DNA of 64,000 nt, taken from assembly GCF_023055435.1 (NCBI RefSeq), contig NW_025963957.1:1984001-2048000 (forward strand), read 5' to 3'. The notes below the pieces were generated by a model. The model did no database searches and was not told the DNA's origin. It worked only from the letters and a program-made list of their open reading frames with translations. The position numbers and the translations under genes are program-made. Positions 48,745-63,476 of this stretch are shown here, in pieces (the stretch's first letter is position 1; every line of letters starts with the position of its first letter). The DNA is from Haliotis rufescens. Lineage: Eukaryota.

Positions 48745-51093
48745 TTACACAAACTGATACTTGAGACATTCGTATTTCTTACAGCTGCATCCGGTGGGGA
48801 TGGTGACGCGGGTTCTGCGGCACTGCTTGATCTCGCCGGGACAGAAGACGTAGATATCACGTTCAACCATGCCGTCGGGGACGCAGTAGTGGTGTTTCAC
48901 CTCCGTGGTGTCCATGACGCAGTGACCTCTGGAGAAAAGAGATGATGGTGAATATTGTGTAATAATACTTTTTTGTACAAGCCTCAAATGTAATACCGAC
49001 GTGTACATTATAAAAAGACCTTTTAACATTTTTGAATTGTGCGACTCAGAATCAGACCAAACGTAAATTGAAGACGTATGTTGCGCATATTGTTTATTAA
49101 TACCTCTTATTCCCAAAATTAGAAACATAAGACCCATGTTACTTACAAACCCCAAACCACCATGAACTTGAAGGAAATCGTTTATCATGAATACTAGCAT
49201 ATGAAAGCTGGACATGTTTGGTCAAGCTAATCGTGTGACGTACCCGCATTGAGCGACTTCAATTCCCTGGGCTTCAGGCATGATGACGTAGCAGACCTCT
49301 CGGCGCCCGTTCGCGGTGTTGGTCCACCAGATTCTCTCCAGAAGCTCGGTGTTCTCGGAACACAGATCCTTGTAGCGGTAGGCGGGGTAGTGGCTGGAAT
49401 ATACCACAAGCATGGTTTAAACAGCTGTAGTGCAATAATTATAGCATTGCGTTCTTGAAGAAATGTCTGTGCGGCTGGAGTTTAATGCCGCGTTTCAGCA
49501 ATACTCCAACCTACGGTGGAGTGAACCAGGCATGGGATTGACACAGTCGAACTTGGTTTCTGAGAGTGAGTGAACGTTTAACAACAAGTCTACTCCATCG
49601 TCCATTATACAATTGAGTCGTGTGAAACATGGAGATGACATCACTGATCCGTTTGTCTCGTCATATAAATTGATAATATTGTCACATCATAAACAAGGTA
49701 AAAGACTGTTTTACATAGGTAAATTATTTTTTTAATGTAATAATGACAACTCATGGTATGACACATGTGATAGTACTCGAGTGATTTAGTAGGACACAAG
49801 ATCAAATTGAGTTGGGTGAGTCAGTGCGCTGAGTTTTGGAAAGCCACAGGTAACCTTCTAACATGTGTAAAAGTGACCTTCACCTGAGTGAGTCAGTTCC
49901 CTATTGAACAGTATATCAGATATATTGCGACGGGACAGCTTAATATGGGAGGGTAGCTCGAAGTGACGATGAAACGGGTGATGACTAGTAGCTTGGGTGG
50001 ATCATTTGTACCTACCCGGTGGAGTTCATCTTGTTGTGGAGGTAGCATCCCTGCACCAGCAGCATGTACTCCATTGCGTCGGGGTCCTGTTCCAGGGCGC
50101 TGAACACACGGTCACTGGAACAACCACGTTAACATCATTGTCAGCCTTCTCATACACTATGGTGTACAGACAACAGTAGAACTTACAGTGTGAACACACG
50201 GTCATTGGAACAACTAATAACGCATCTTTGCAATTTCACAACATAGCTTCTTAAAATTACAAAAGACGCGGGGGACAGAACCCGAGCCATACAGATGACA
50301 AGCGATGACATTTACAACTTGGCCATCCCGCCCTACTGCCTGAACTAATTTACAACATAAATGAATATAAAGCATACTTCGGATAAATATAAATAATATA
50401 AAATAATTATTTACCTGTTTGTTGTTTTCCTCAAATATTTATGCATACATTTTAAGGGAAACACAACATCAAAGCATATTTCTAGATAAAATACATACAC
50501 AGGGTATTTGTAGGACTTGTCGAAGCACAGCTTTTCCTTGGTAGGCCATTCGTACTGGGGGACGCCATTCTTGTCAAAGTAGCAGATTGGCTGTTTGGTC
50601 TTGGCGGAGAGGGCGCTGAAGATGCTGGAACCGTCACGGACGCGGGCACCAAACAAGGAAGACTTTCTGGATTTCAGGAGGCTAGCGAATCGGCTGGAGG
50701 TTGAGCCTCCCAGAGAACGCCCCCCGACAGGGGGTCGATTCCACGCCAAGGTGACGGCGGTGAGGGACATGAGAACGCATAATGTCACAAGAACTCTCTG
50801 GAAGAAATGAGAGACAGGGGTTGTCAGCAAATCGTAGAAACTGGATGATAATTGTTCATTGTCTATTGTGTATTAATGCTGTTGAATTTACAACTTCTAC
50901 AACTACTACTGTTACTACTGGTGCAACTGCTGCAACTATTATTACTACACTCAATATTGCATACAGCTGCGAACGGCGCTTAAAACAACTGTTAGATAGG
51001 ATATATACATCATTTAAACTACTCTGCACATAAATAAACTGTATATCAAGACATTAGCATCGTACACAGTTAGCAAAATATTCTACTTACCAT
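48745..51093 (-). CDS. Secreted Spaetzle-like cystine-knot protein, type B, copy B1 (244 aa)
   Basis: Exons 51093-51091 (ATG only), 50797-50499, 50114-50016, 49393-49244, 48928-48745 (phases 0,2,2,2; 735 nt). Signal MRVLVTLCVLMSLTAVTLA; prodomain LCFDKSYKYPVDRVFSAL; knot DLCSEN...QGIEVAQCGGHC...YCVPDG...IPTGCSC. Confidence 0.88.
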
Positions 51094-51178
51094 ATTTACA
51101 AACAAAGGACCAATCTATGTTAAAATAGTTACTGTAGCTGTGTACAGCGATGGCTGACTTGCTGGGGCCTTTCGCTCG

Positions 51179-51610
51179 CTTTTATTCCCTCTCGATTCGG
51201 AAGGAGGAGCACATTTCAGCCAATCAGAAGTGGCGTTTTTGATTGAATGACCCTGACGTCACGCGGCAACACTTCTTCCTGAAAACAATGGCGGCAGTGG
51301 ATGACGTGCCTACGTCACAGATCATAACAAGGAGATTTAAAGATAACAACCTCTCTCTTATACATTCACGGTGTTCCAATGCCACTTAAGCCTCTTGCCC
51401 ATCAATCAGAATGACAGAGTGAGAGAACATGACAATATATACATACATACAGATGACGCCAGTTATAATTAGATACATATAAATGACGACAGTTGTGACA
51501 AGATTGACGTTGTACAATAATTTATTAAGAGATAAAAAATTGACGTCACAGAATTTGAAGGACAACTGTCACGTGACAAGAGAGACAGGGTACGAGTCGA
51601 GAGTATATAA
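51179..51610. promoter_or_regulatory. Candidate bidirectional promoter B1/A2
   Basis: Minus-strand AATAAAAG TATA-like element (about 51179-51186), CCAAT 51220-51224, perfect CRE TGACGTCA at 51254 and 51541, GTCACGTGAC 51568-51577, plus-strand TATATAA 51604-51610. Confidence 0.7.
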
Positions 51611-51681
51611 GGAGACACTGGCCCAGTCTGAGCCAGCGACTGTGAACACCTCACGAACCGAGCTTCACACATCATCCTACC

Positions 51682-54437
51682 ATGGGAAAGGTATATATCT
51701 ATATCTTATTTATTTCTTAGAAATGGTTTATATGTTGAAATATATTTCAAAATGAATTGATTGAAAGCATTTAGCTGTGTATAAAGTTGCATATTGCTTA
51801 TTGAAATGAATTTTTTCCACGAAAATGGTGTTCACAATACATTTTGGTATTTTTAATGTGTGCACTTCGACCGTTACGTTAATGGTAGCATTTTCCTTTT
51901 AGTGGTGCTATTGTTACAAACACATATTTAGGTATATCTTCAAAGCTAATGTTCCGTAGGTAGTAATACTCAATATTTAAGATTTTTGTTCAACTGTGCC
52001 GTTTATTCTAGAACCTTATGGATCATAAAAACACCAGAGAAATTGAATTGTTCTTTCATTACCCCTTTATACTCAAACATAACCAATTACAAGATGTGAT
52101 CTTTGTTTTCCAGTTCACCTACTATATCGCGGCGTTAGTCGGCCTCGTCTCCATGACGACGGCCCTCCCCCATCTCCCCGCTCCCGCCTGCTATTCCCAG
52201 CAACTTCTGTCGGACCAGAGCTTTGACCTCAGCTTTGTCTGCAACGACGGAAGACAATATCCCGAGTAAGTACATTTAGCTACTTCGGAAACAATGTACA
52301 GGGCAGGTTGTTTGTGTTTCGTTTGAAAAGTCTTCTTAAGTTTGCCGTTTGCTGTATGAATTTTCACAAATATATAAAATCAAATTAAAATGAGTCATAA
52401 ATGAATTGTATTTAAGTCGAACTGTCTTTGAATGACACACCATGTACCTTTAAGTCGAATTACCGACATGCGTTGATGTTATAAGAGTTTTTGCACCGTT
52501 AAGTCGAAATGTCTGACATATTCACTTTGGACTATATAACATGTACCTCTAAGTGGCATTACCGACATGCGTTGATGTACCGTTAGGTCGAACTGTCTGA
52601 CATTTCACTTTGTCTCCAGACAGGAGATCGAGGAGGCTCTGTACTACGCCCACGACCACTGGCGTATCTACCTCAACCTGACATCCACCTGCTTCCAGGA
52701 CCAGGACACCTACTTCACGAACAAACAGTAAGTAGCGCAGCACACTAGATCTACTTTGAAATAAAGCAACAAAACCCTCCCCATAATCGAACGAAATGTC
52801 TATTGTCCTTTGCACGATTAGGACAATATCATGAGCATGTGTTTCTGAATCAATATACAAAAAGTAATGATACCAGATGCTGGCGACACATTGAGCGTTT
52901 CCTGCACTTGTGGAACCCGTCACAAACATATGCAAGGACATCTCAATTGTTTACCTGAAAATATGCGAATATATTGTATTGATCAAAACAGGAAATTGCA
53001 TCGATCGTCAATTTTTACCCCTTTAATCCGGACGCGTCGCTTCCAATGAAATCGCCCGGAATAACGATACTTGAGTTGGGAGTAATGTCTCACTGGTTGT
53101 ATGTCATTCACAATAATAAAGTCCTGAAATCGGGGTTCCGGATTAACAGGGGTTCACTATCTATTATCAACGACGTTCTTATATATTTTCATCCTAGGGA
53201 GTGCTTTATGTTAAATATACTGAAGAAATGTAGATAGGAAACACATTAAAATATCTTAGAATAATGTTCATTGCTCTATTCAGTGAAATGCTTCAGATGA
53301 AAGAAAATAACCGTACTGTGTTAAATGTTGGTACCTGGTTATTTCGTTCATTACCGAATGATACCTGGTTTTCCTGGTATCCATACGACTTTTGACAATA
53401 CCAAACACATACTTCCCTCAGTTTATTTGAGGCTTGACATATACAAATTAAAACTGGTATTTGTGAATGTTACTATATTCTACATATATTCTGGAATCGC
53501 TATCATTGACTTTGTCCTTGCAGCTCTGAGCCCAACTACTACAAGTTGAAGAGCGTGTGCAACACCACTCGTACCATGGTGCACACCATTTATGCCATGG
53601 ACGGTCAAGTCTGCCACGTTGTCCGCCCTATGTCCCAGAAAGTCTTCTACGCCACATGCGGGTAGGTACACGGCTATGTTTTTAACAAGAAGTTCATTAT
53701 ATATACTAAAATTCATAACTAAGCAGTTGGTTATAATTAATATATTTTTAATGATATGTCAACGACGAAGGCTTGATTATACAAAACGCAGGCTCCTACG
53801 AAATCAAACAAATAAATGTTGGAGTAGTTTGACTGCATATTTATATTTTTGAAAAAGATTTTATATTTTAATATTCAAATGAAGCTCAAAAGGATAAAAA
53901 ACCCTTGCATTCATTGTACACATTCATATATACATATTTATTGTCTATAAAGAAAGTTTAGCAGTTCAAATACTCATGTGAAATTAAGAATTATTAAAAG
54001 GACATTCATAGCAATCTACATATCGACACTCTAAGACTAATTATAAGACTTATCATTAAAATATTATTTATCCATTACATCTCGCTTTACTAAATATGCC
54101 CTGTTTGTTTTACAGAGGAGAATGTAACCTTGGTTACGACGGCGTGACCGGCTACCACTGCATTCAACGCGGCATCACCTACCGCAACTTCCTCGGTTAC
54201 TGCCGTCTCCCCGACCCCGCAATCTTCCCAGAATCTGACCCCATCTACGCTCTTGACCCCTCCGTCGACAACTTCTACGACCCCCGTGTTGCCCCACCAA
54301 CCCACCGCATGCAGCACAACCTCCTCCAGAGCGGGGGCCACTACAAACCCAAGGGCTACTTCACGGAGTTGAGCGTTACCCTCCCCAGCTACTGTGGCTG
54401 CAGGGGATATTTCTGCCCCCACGACAGGATTCTTTAG
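51682..54437 (+). CDS. Secreted Spaetzle-like cystine-knot protein, type A, copy A2 (242 aa)
   Basis: Exons 51682-51690, 52114-52265, 52620-52727, 53524-53661, 54116-54437; same lengths and phases as A1, intact. Confidence 0.88.
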
Positions 54438-57400
54438 ATGATGACTACGTTCATAAAGGGACTGATACAATATGAACAAAGACCAATTGAAGCCAGTTGT
54501 TTTCCACAAGCATTATTTTTAAATAAGTGAAAACTATTTTTAAAGAACCAAACTCTTTCTGATTTTTAGAAGCCTTTTCAAGTAAATGGAAATTACAAAT
54601 GTTATTTGGTTTACACTTCACTTTTTTCAAATCATTTCAGACTTACCTTTATTTTTTCCTCACTTTTATACCACAATGTGATATCGGTCTGAAGTTGGCA
54701 AATATGTTAATTGTAAATATTTTGCGAATTCCATGTAAATATTTACTATAGGATGTTGTGAATATGTATTTTATATGTTCCATCTTTGTACAGTATAAAC
54801 TGACATCATCATTGCTTGTGCGCGCATGTATAATATGTACAGATATTAATATGTGAAAATAAAAGCAACATGAAAATATATACAGTTTCTGTTTTGATGA
54901 TTATTGTTTAGTTTGGACAATATACACTGTAAATGTATTTCAGTAATATATAAAATATATATTTATCATATAATGGGTAGGTTTCTTAGCAGGATAAAGC
55001 CAACGGATAAAAACGATATCCGTTGGGGTCATATGCGGAAAGAGATGCAAATATCAAAGGTCAAGTGGGGACTACTTTCAGTGTTTATAAACAAACATGG
55101 CGTTGCCCTTGTCATTCGGCAACCGAGTCAGAATTAATCATCGGGAATCTGGATAAACTACATAGATAATTTCTATAATTATCAAAAGAACAGTCTAATA
55201 TACTTAAAATCAGTGTCTAGCTGTGACGCAGTAAGGCATTTTATAAGTTTTGGCAACTTTGGAGATATAAATTTCGAAACAATTTTGCGAGGGCACTAGG
55301 CCTAGCCAAGCGGTATCAGTAGCCATATCTGTGCTTGTTGACCTCTGCGGCTTGAAACCTTTTCCACAAATAAAAATAGTTGGATTTGGCAGAAATATAT
55401 TTGAATTGTTACCTTGTTTCGTTTGGTCGCTGTGTGTACATCTGATTGCATTTTTTAACGTTATGACAGGACAGGACTAGTTACTCTAGCGGACAGACCG
55501 ATGGATTGCCGCGAAATGCAAGTGAATAACAATTGTTGTTTTGCGTATATGTTGCTTCGCCACTCTATAAAAAACAGATTTCAGTTGGAACTATATTGGC
55601 TACTGTCACTGTCCGACTGACACATCACTTACCCTGTGACGTAATAAATATTAATGCGCGCTTTCCAGGAAAATTCGCAATGTTTAGGTTATGTTTGTGA
55701 GAGAGTGAAAGCGATTTTCAAGTACAGATTAAAGAATGACATTTTATGATAAAGAGGTTATCACGCTTGTGTGTTTGGGGATGGTAAACATCCTGTATTA
55801 GGAATAAACACTATGTATTCCTAATGAAGGATATTTACCTTCCCCAAACACANNNNNNNNNNNNNNNNNNNNNNNNNNNNNNNNNNNNNNNNNNNNNNNN
55901 NNNNNNNNNNNNNNNNNNNNNNNNNNNNNNNNNNNNNNNNNNNNNNNNNNNNNNNNNNNNNNNNNNNNNNNNNNNNNNNNNNNNNNNNNNNNNNNNNNNN
56001 NNNNNNNNNNNNNNNNNNNGGATGGTATATATATTTATATATATATAATTTATATATAACTGAAATATAAATTATATATAACTGAAATACACCAATACAC
56101 CAATNNNNNNNNNNNNNNNNNNNNNNNNNNNNNNNNNNNNNNNNNNNNNNNNNNNNNNNNNNNNNNNNNNNNNNNNNNNNNNNNNNNNNNNNNNNNNNNN
56201 NNNNNNNNNNNNNNNNNNNNNNNNNNNNNNNNNTAGTCCTAAATAGGTCCATTATATTGGTGCTGTCAAGATAACATTTTTCTTCTTTTTGTTATGACAT
56301 AAACCGCACGAGAGGTTGTGGTTGTCGAGGTTGTGGTCGACAGTGTGAAAAGTCCTTCACGTCGCATGCAGCTGAGCGAGGGTCTGCAAGTTCATGACTA
56401 AACCAAAACCATCCCCTTCCAAACATTGTATCCATCAAATTCACAATTAACTGTTTGATTGATTCTATAAGTTGGCAAATAAATAAGAAAACCATACAAC
56501 TTTATGGATAACAACTTTTGGTTTATTGCATATAGCGACGTTTCGATGTAGATTCTTACACCGTTACCAAGCTGGAGTGACAACGACCAAGCGATCAAAT
56601 TTACAATTGTGTGCATGAGGTTAACGTTGTTTCTGTAATGTAACAACGAATTCGAATCACCTTAATATTGGAGGAAATCCCCAAAGTAGCTGAGTGATAA
56701 CTGTTGCCAGTTCAGTGAACCCAAACCAACGAGACGTTGACAGACAAGAGCACACATGAATTCATAAGCTGCTAACACTCTTCACTGTATAAGCTGCTTT
56801 TAATTTGGTGCTCCTGTGCGACTGATTAGGTTGTCAGTACCTAATGCTTGCAGTGCCTGCAGAGTAAAACAAGAAGTGAGAGGTCGGGACTGGTGACTTG
56901 GCTCAACGCTCCCGACAGTGTAGATCGTTGGTCAAAAAAAAAAATGCTTTCAATCACTGGTTGGCCCATTCCAGTCTCGATTATTAACAGGTCGCGCTGT
57001 ATAGCTGAAATAATGCTGACTGATTCACGCACTTACCTAATAAAACGAAGTAAGTGTATCTGATAAGTAAGGCGAAGCTGACGTGTTCACTGTACGTAAA
57101 ACAAGTATGGTTCTTAATATCTTTCTGCGAATTTGAAAAACTAAAGAATTGATAACATGATATGGATCCCTTTAACACGTTCCTTCATGTCGTGAGTGAG
57201 CTGGGTTTATATAACTTTTTCAATAGTATTTTCAAAAGCGACGGCACCTTTTCCATTACCATAAGAAATTGATGCTAAAAGCAGAGTCCATTGTACGATT
57301 CGAGCTATATCATAAGCATGTGTTTATGAATCACAATCAAACAGTGATGAAACCTAAATTTACAGCAAAAACTTACTTCTTAAACATAATAATTTTAATG

Positions 57401-58409
57401 AAGAGTTCTGTTTGCTTTATGTAAAAAATACACGGGACCCTATACATTCGAATAAATTGCTTGTTTTGCGAGATACATTTTATCAAGATTTTGACAGATA
57501 CAGAACGCGATTTCCATTGAGGCTTATTTAAGCGATGTGTTAATCTAGGTCTTCCAGCCCTAAAGTGTCACCCAGGGATTGTCGTTAAGTGAAACCCACG
57601 GCCACAGCTATGATGTTGGCTATCCAGTCTTAGATTCGAACCCACGACGACCGGTAACTGAGCAACAGAGGACCGCAACCAGACAAAGTAGGATGGGAGC
57701 CATATATGAGTTGTGGCAATTCAAGTGATAAAGTACCACCGTTTCAATACTTGTTACAAGAGCTTTAGCCATAGTCTTAAAGAGGTCATAACATTATCAT
57801 AAAGATAAGTCGTGCCGAGAAGGTTCAGATAAATGCTGTAAAAATACCACCATTTGCAATAAATATATTTTGATTGCTCATACTGTCGACAACTATCATC
57901 TCATCTTGACGGAAGTCAATGCATCACCTCAAAACAGCTCATATATTGTGTAATATAACACCATCTAAAACGGTAGCCTACATATTAGAGACACAATAAT
58001 GATCTCAAACAAACAGAAATATCTGCCTCAGGTGATTAACTCTCACATTGACTGATGTGGATACTCTCAATAATAATAATAGCACAAAGACAATGATCAT
58101 TTCCTGACATGTTTTGACATTTTAGGGTTGTTTGATTGATCAGATGCATTATCATTACACCGTGTTCGCTGAAATATATACATGCAGTGACTCACTTTGG
58201 ATGAATCATAGTACAGAAGGGTTAGGGAGATTGAACTGTAGGAAAAACAAATGCGAAACGTGCTCGATAACGAAATCAGGGACAAAACTGTTGTGCGTAA
58301 ACAATTGGAAATAATAACTGATGTATATTTATTGGAAAAATTACTCTACATCCAGGCTGAAAATATTTTTCTGTTTGTAAGAGAGGCAATGCATTGCTTA
58401 CAGATGTTC

Positions 58410-59922
58410 TGAAATTGTCATTGATGATGGCTATGTTTTGGCTGTGTAGGATATTTTGAGGCGGAATCTAACGGCGATATTGTCATTAATGATGGTTATG
58501 TTTTAGCTGTGTGGGATATTTTGTGGCGAAATCTAACGGCGATATTGCCATTGATGATTGCTATGTTTAAGCTGTGTGGGGTATTTTGTGGCGGAGTCTA
58601 ACGGCGATATTGCCATTGATGGTGGCCATTGATGATGGTTATGTTTTGGCTGTGTTGAGTATTTTGTGGCGGAATTTAACGGCGATATTGCCATTGATGA
58701 TTGCTATGTTTTAGCTGTGTGGAATATTTTGTGTCGGAATCTAACGGCTATATTGTCATTGATGATGGCCATTGATGATGGTTATGTTTTGGCTGTGTGG
58801 GATATTTTAAGGTGGAAACTAAAGGCGATATTGTCATTGATGATGGTTATGTTTTAGCTGTGTGGGATATTTTGTGGCGGAAAATAACGACGATATTGTC
58901 ATTGATGATGGCCATTGATGATGGTTATGTTTTGGCTGTGTGGGATATTTTGCGGCGGAATCTAACGGCGATATTGCCATTGATGATTGCTATGTTTTAG
59001 CTGTGTTGGATATTTTGTGGCGGAAACTAACGGCGATATTGTCATTGATGATGGCCATTGATGATGGTTATGTTTTGGCTGTGTTGAGTATTTTGTGGCG
59101 GAATTTAACGGCGATATTGCCATTGATGATGGCCATTGATGATGGTTATGTTTTGGCTGTGTTGAGTATCTTGTGGCGGGATCTAACGGCGATATTGCCA
59201 TTGATGATTGCTATGTTTTAGCTGTGTGGGATATTTTGTGTCGGAATCTAACGGCTATATTGTCATTGATGATGGCCATTGATGATGGTTATGTTTTGGC
59301 TGTGTGGGATATTTTGTGGTGGAAACTAAAGGCGAGATTGTCATTGATGATGGTTATGTTTTAGCTGTGTGGGATATTGTTTGCGGAAAATAACGACGAT
59401 ATTGTCATTGATGATGGCCATTGATGATGGTTATGTTTTGGCTGTGTGGGATATTTTGTGGCGGAATCTAACGGCGATATTGTCATTGATGATTGCTATG
59501 TTTTAGCTGTGTGGGATATTTTGTGGCGGAAACTAACGGCGATATTGTCATTGATGATGGCCATTGATGATGGTTATGTTTTGGCTGTGTTGAGTATCTT
59601 GTGGCGGGATCTAACGGCGATATTGCCATTGATGATTGCTATGTTTTAGCTGTCTGGGATATTTTGTGTCGGAATCTAACGGCTATATTGTCATTGATGA
59701 TGGCCATTGATGATGGTTATGTTTTGGCTGTGTAGGATATTTTGTGGCGGAATCTAATGGCGATATTGTCATTGATGATGGTTATGTTTTAGCTGTGTGG
59801 GATATTTTGTGGCGGAAACTAACGAAGATATTGTCAGTGATGATGGCCATTGATGATGGTTATGTTTTAGCTATGTGGGATATTTTGTGGCGGAATCTAA
59901 CGGCGATATTGCCATTGATGAT
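58410..59922. repeat. 63/78-bp minisatellite (gatattgtcattgatgatg[gccattgatgatg]gttatgttttggctgtgtgggatattttgtggcggaatctaacggc)
   Basis: About 20 tandem units in two length variants. Confidence 0.95.
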
Positions 59923-60146
59923 GAGTATTATTCAAAGTTATATTACCATCGTTGAAGTTCATTGCTCGAGGTGTCCTGATATTATCTGTGATGGTGGCTA
60001 TTTTTTTACTTTGCCGGGTATTTTCGCGGGAAACTAAAGAACAATTAGCTCCATAGTATGCTGCCCATACGGAAGGTAACTGATATTGTCTCAGTGTAAT
60101 GACAGCATTCGCAGATGGGTATTGCTTGAATGCCGTTTGGCCCAAG

Positions 60147-60204
60147 CACACGCACACGCACACGCACACGCACACGCACACGCACACACACACACACACA
60201 CACG
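60147..60204. repeat. (GCACAC)n/(AC)n microsatellite within a SINE 3' end
   Basis: Directly visible. Confidence 0.85.
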
Positions 60205-60809
60205 TAACTATATAAGTGAAATAATCTTGAAGGCGACGTTGAACCCAATTTCACCTCATCTCACCTCACTCCACTTCTCGTCAGTAATAGGCAAACTACA
60301 AGTTTTATTCAGTTGTGTTTTATTATCTGTAAATTATTCACGGTAAACATCACCAAAAAATCTGAAAAGTATTATTCATAGTGATTTTATGTGTTTCACA
60401 AAGTTGGCATCAGATAATGGTAACAAATATGTTGCGAACTCCACAGATAAATATACACGTTATGTACAGAGTAAACAAACAACTTACACGTGCGCGCATG
60501 ATATATGTACAGATGATAACATATAATGGTAAAACAGATTCCTCAAACTTAAGATCATTAAAAGTCTATTTACAAGTCGAAATATACCTGTCATATTGAG
60601 AAATTTTTATGAAGAACATAAAATCTGTTACAAACATTTTCCGGCCTGTTCAATTATGTTCGTAACATTTACGTATTCGTAAACATGTCGTAAGAGATCT
60701 CTGTTTGTGTATACATATCTGTATTTGGCATGACGTAGAGTCCTTGCAATTACGCCACTATTACACATGCGTAAAAGTACGACTTCGCAGAGGGAGTGTA
60801 AACCATGGT

Positions 60810-62977
60810 TTACACAAACTGATACTTGAGACATTCGTATTTCTTACAGCTGCATCCGGTGGGGATGGTGACGCGGGTTCTGCGGCACTGCTTGATCTCG
60901 CCGGGACAGAAGACGTAGATATCACGTTCAACCATGCCGTCGGGGACGCAGTAGTGGTGTTTCACCTCCGTGGTGTCCATGACGCAGTGACCTCTAGAGA
61001 AAAGAGATGATGGTGAATATTGTGTCATAATACTTTTTTGTACAAGCCTCAAATGTAATACCGACGTGTACATTATAAAAAGACCTTTTAACATTTTGAA
61101 TTGTGCGACTCAGAATCAGACCAAACTAAAATTGAAGACGTATGTTGCGCATATTGTTTATTTATACCTCTTATTCCCAAAATTAGAAACATAAGACCAA
61201 TGTTACTTACAAACCCCAAACCACCATGAACTTGAAGGAAATCGTTTATAATGAATACTAGCATATGAAAGCTGGACATGTTTGGTCAAGCTAATTGTGT
61301 GACGTACCCGCATTGAGCGACTTCAATTCCCTGGGCTTCAGGCATGATGACGTAGCAGACCTCTCGGCGCCCGTTCGCGGTGTTGGTCCACCAGATTCTC
61401 TCCAGGAGCTCGGTGTTCTCGGAACACAGATCCTTGTATCGGTAGGCGGGGTAGTGGCTGGAATATACCACAAACATGGTTCAAACAGCTGTAGTAGGAA
61501 CATAATAGTATGTACGTCTTCAATAAACGGCTGGATAGATCACATGACATGACGCCGCGTTTCATTAATAGTCAAACTCACGGTGGGGTGAACCAGATAT
61601 AGGATTGACACAGTCGAACTCGGTTTCTCGGAGTGAGCGAACCTTTATCCACTAGGCCACTCCATCGCCCTTTATACAATTGATCATTTAGAGATGACAT
61701 CACACATTCTGATTTTTCATCATATAAACATATAATGATAGTATCGTGCCATAGTACACAAGGTAAAAGGCTGTTTTACAAAGGTAAATTGAATATATTT
61801 ATGCAACAATGACAGCTGTTAGTGTAACACAGGTGATGGTACCTTAGTGATTTGATGGTCGTTATTGCTTCGACTCCAGATCAAAATAACGAAGACATAG
61901 TAACAATTTACTACTGTGGCGAAAGCCAAGGGTAACCGCCTAGTATAAGAGTGTGTGAGTTGGGTTTAACGCCGCTTTGAACAGTATTTCAGATATAGTG
62001 CGAGGGGACAGCTTAATATGGAAGGGTAGCTCGAAGTGACGATGAAACGGGTGATGACTAGTATCATCTGTACCTACCCGGTGGAGTTCATCTTGTTGTG
62101 GAGGTAGCATCCCTGCACCAGCAGCATGTACTCCATTGCGTCGGGGTCATTTTCCAGGGCACTGAACACACGGTCACTGGAACAACCACGTTAACATCAG
62201 TGTCAGCCTTCTCATACACTATGGTGTATAGACAACAGTAGAACTTACAGTGTGAACACACGGTCACTGGAACAACGTATCTTTGCAATTTCCCAACATG
62301 GCATCTTGAAATATTGAAATACGGGGATCTTACCCGACCCTTACAGATATGACAAGCGATGATATTTACAACTTGACTGTGCCGCCTGACTGCCTGGACT
62401 AATTTAACAGCATAAATTAAAATACTAAAGCATATTTTGGAAATAGTATGAAGACAATTTGCCAAAACGAAGAGAAGAAAGAATTATGATATATGTATAC
62501 ATATGCATTTTAATAAAAACAACAACACCAGACCATGTGTTTAAATAAAATACATACACAGGGTACTTGTAGGACTTGTCGAAGCACAGCTTTTCCTTGG
62601 TAGGCCATTCGTACTGGGGGACGCCATTCCTGTCAAAGTAACAGATTGGCTGTTTGGTCTTGGCGGAGAGGGCGCTGAAGATGCTGGAACCGTCACGGAC
62701 GCGGGCACCAAACAAGGACGACTTTCTGGATTTCAGAAGGCTAGCGAATCGGCTGGAGGTTGATCCTCCCAGAGAACGCCCTCCGACAGGGGGTCGATTC
62801 CACGCCAAGGTGACGGCGGTGAGGGACATGAGAACGCATAATGTCACAAGAACTCTCTGGAAGAAATGAGAGACAGGGATTTTCATAAAATTAGAAAACC
62901 TAGTTGTTAATTATTATTTTTTGTTTCGTTTTATGATTTGGAATATGTCAAAACTATTGATATACGATTACAGCTGA

Positions 62978-63017
<40 letters not shown>

Positions 63018-63391
63018 GTTGCTGCTCCTACTACTACAACTACGAGCAGTACTGCTGCTATCACTCCTACTCATTCTGNNNNNNNNNNNNNNNNNNNNNN
63101 NNNNNNNNNNNNNNNNNNNNNNNNNNNNNNNNNNNNNNNNNNNNNNNNNNNNNNNNNNNNNNNNNNNNNNNNNNNNNNNNNNNNNNNNNNNNNNNNNNNN
63201 NNNNNNNNNNNTGACGTTTCTACTACAACCACTGCTACTTCCAATATTTTAGGCAACAGCTGCAAACGATGTTTACAATTCAACTACAAGATAATATTAG
63301 ATAGAATATCTGTTAAAATACTGAGACCTTAATAAACTGCTTTGCAAGACATTACAATCGTACACAGTTTGCAAAATATTCTACTTACCAT
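60810..63391 (-). CDS. Secreted Spaetzle-like cystine-knot protein, type B, copy B2 (244 aa; 250 aa if the microexon is used)
   Basis: Exons 63391-63389, 62856-62558, [62266-62249 optional], 62176-62078, 61457-61308, 60993-60810. Nearly identical protein to B1. N gap in intron 1. Confidence 0.87.
62978..63078. repeat. (CTA)n microsatellite in B2 intron 1
   Basis: Directly visible; runs into an N gap. Confidence 0.9.
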
Positions 63392-63476
63392 ATTTACAAA
63401 CAAAGGACCAATCTATGTTAAAATAGTTACTGTAGCTGTGTACAGCGATGGCTGACTTGCGGGGAGCTTAAGCTCG

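Noticed and set aside
49394-49426. Upstream ctacag acceptor for B exon 4
   Set aside because: It adds 31 nt and shifts the frame. The ttccag acceptor at 49394 keeps the cysteine frame homologous to type A.
55853-56233. ORFs spanning N runs (also 14004-14133 and 63079-63211)
   Set aside because: Assembly gaps.
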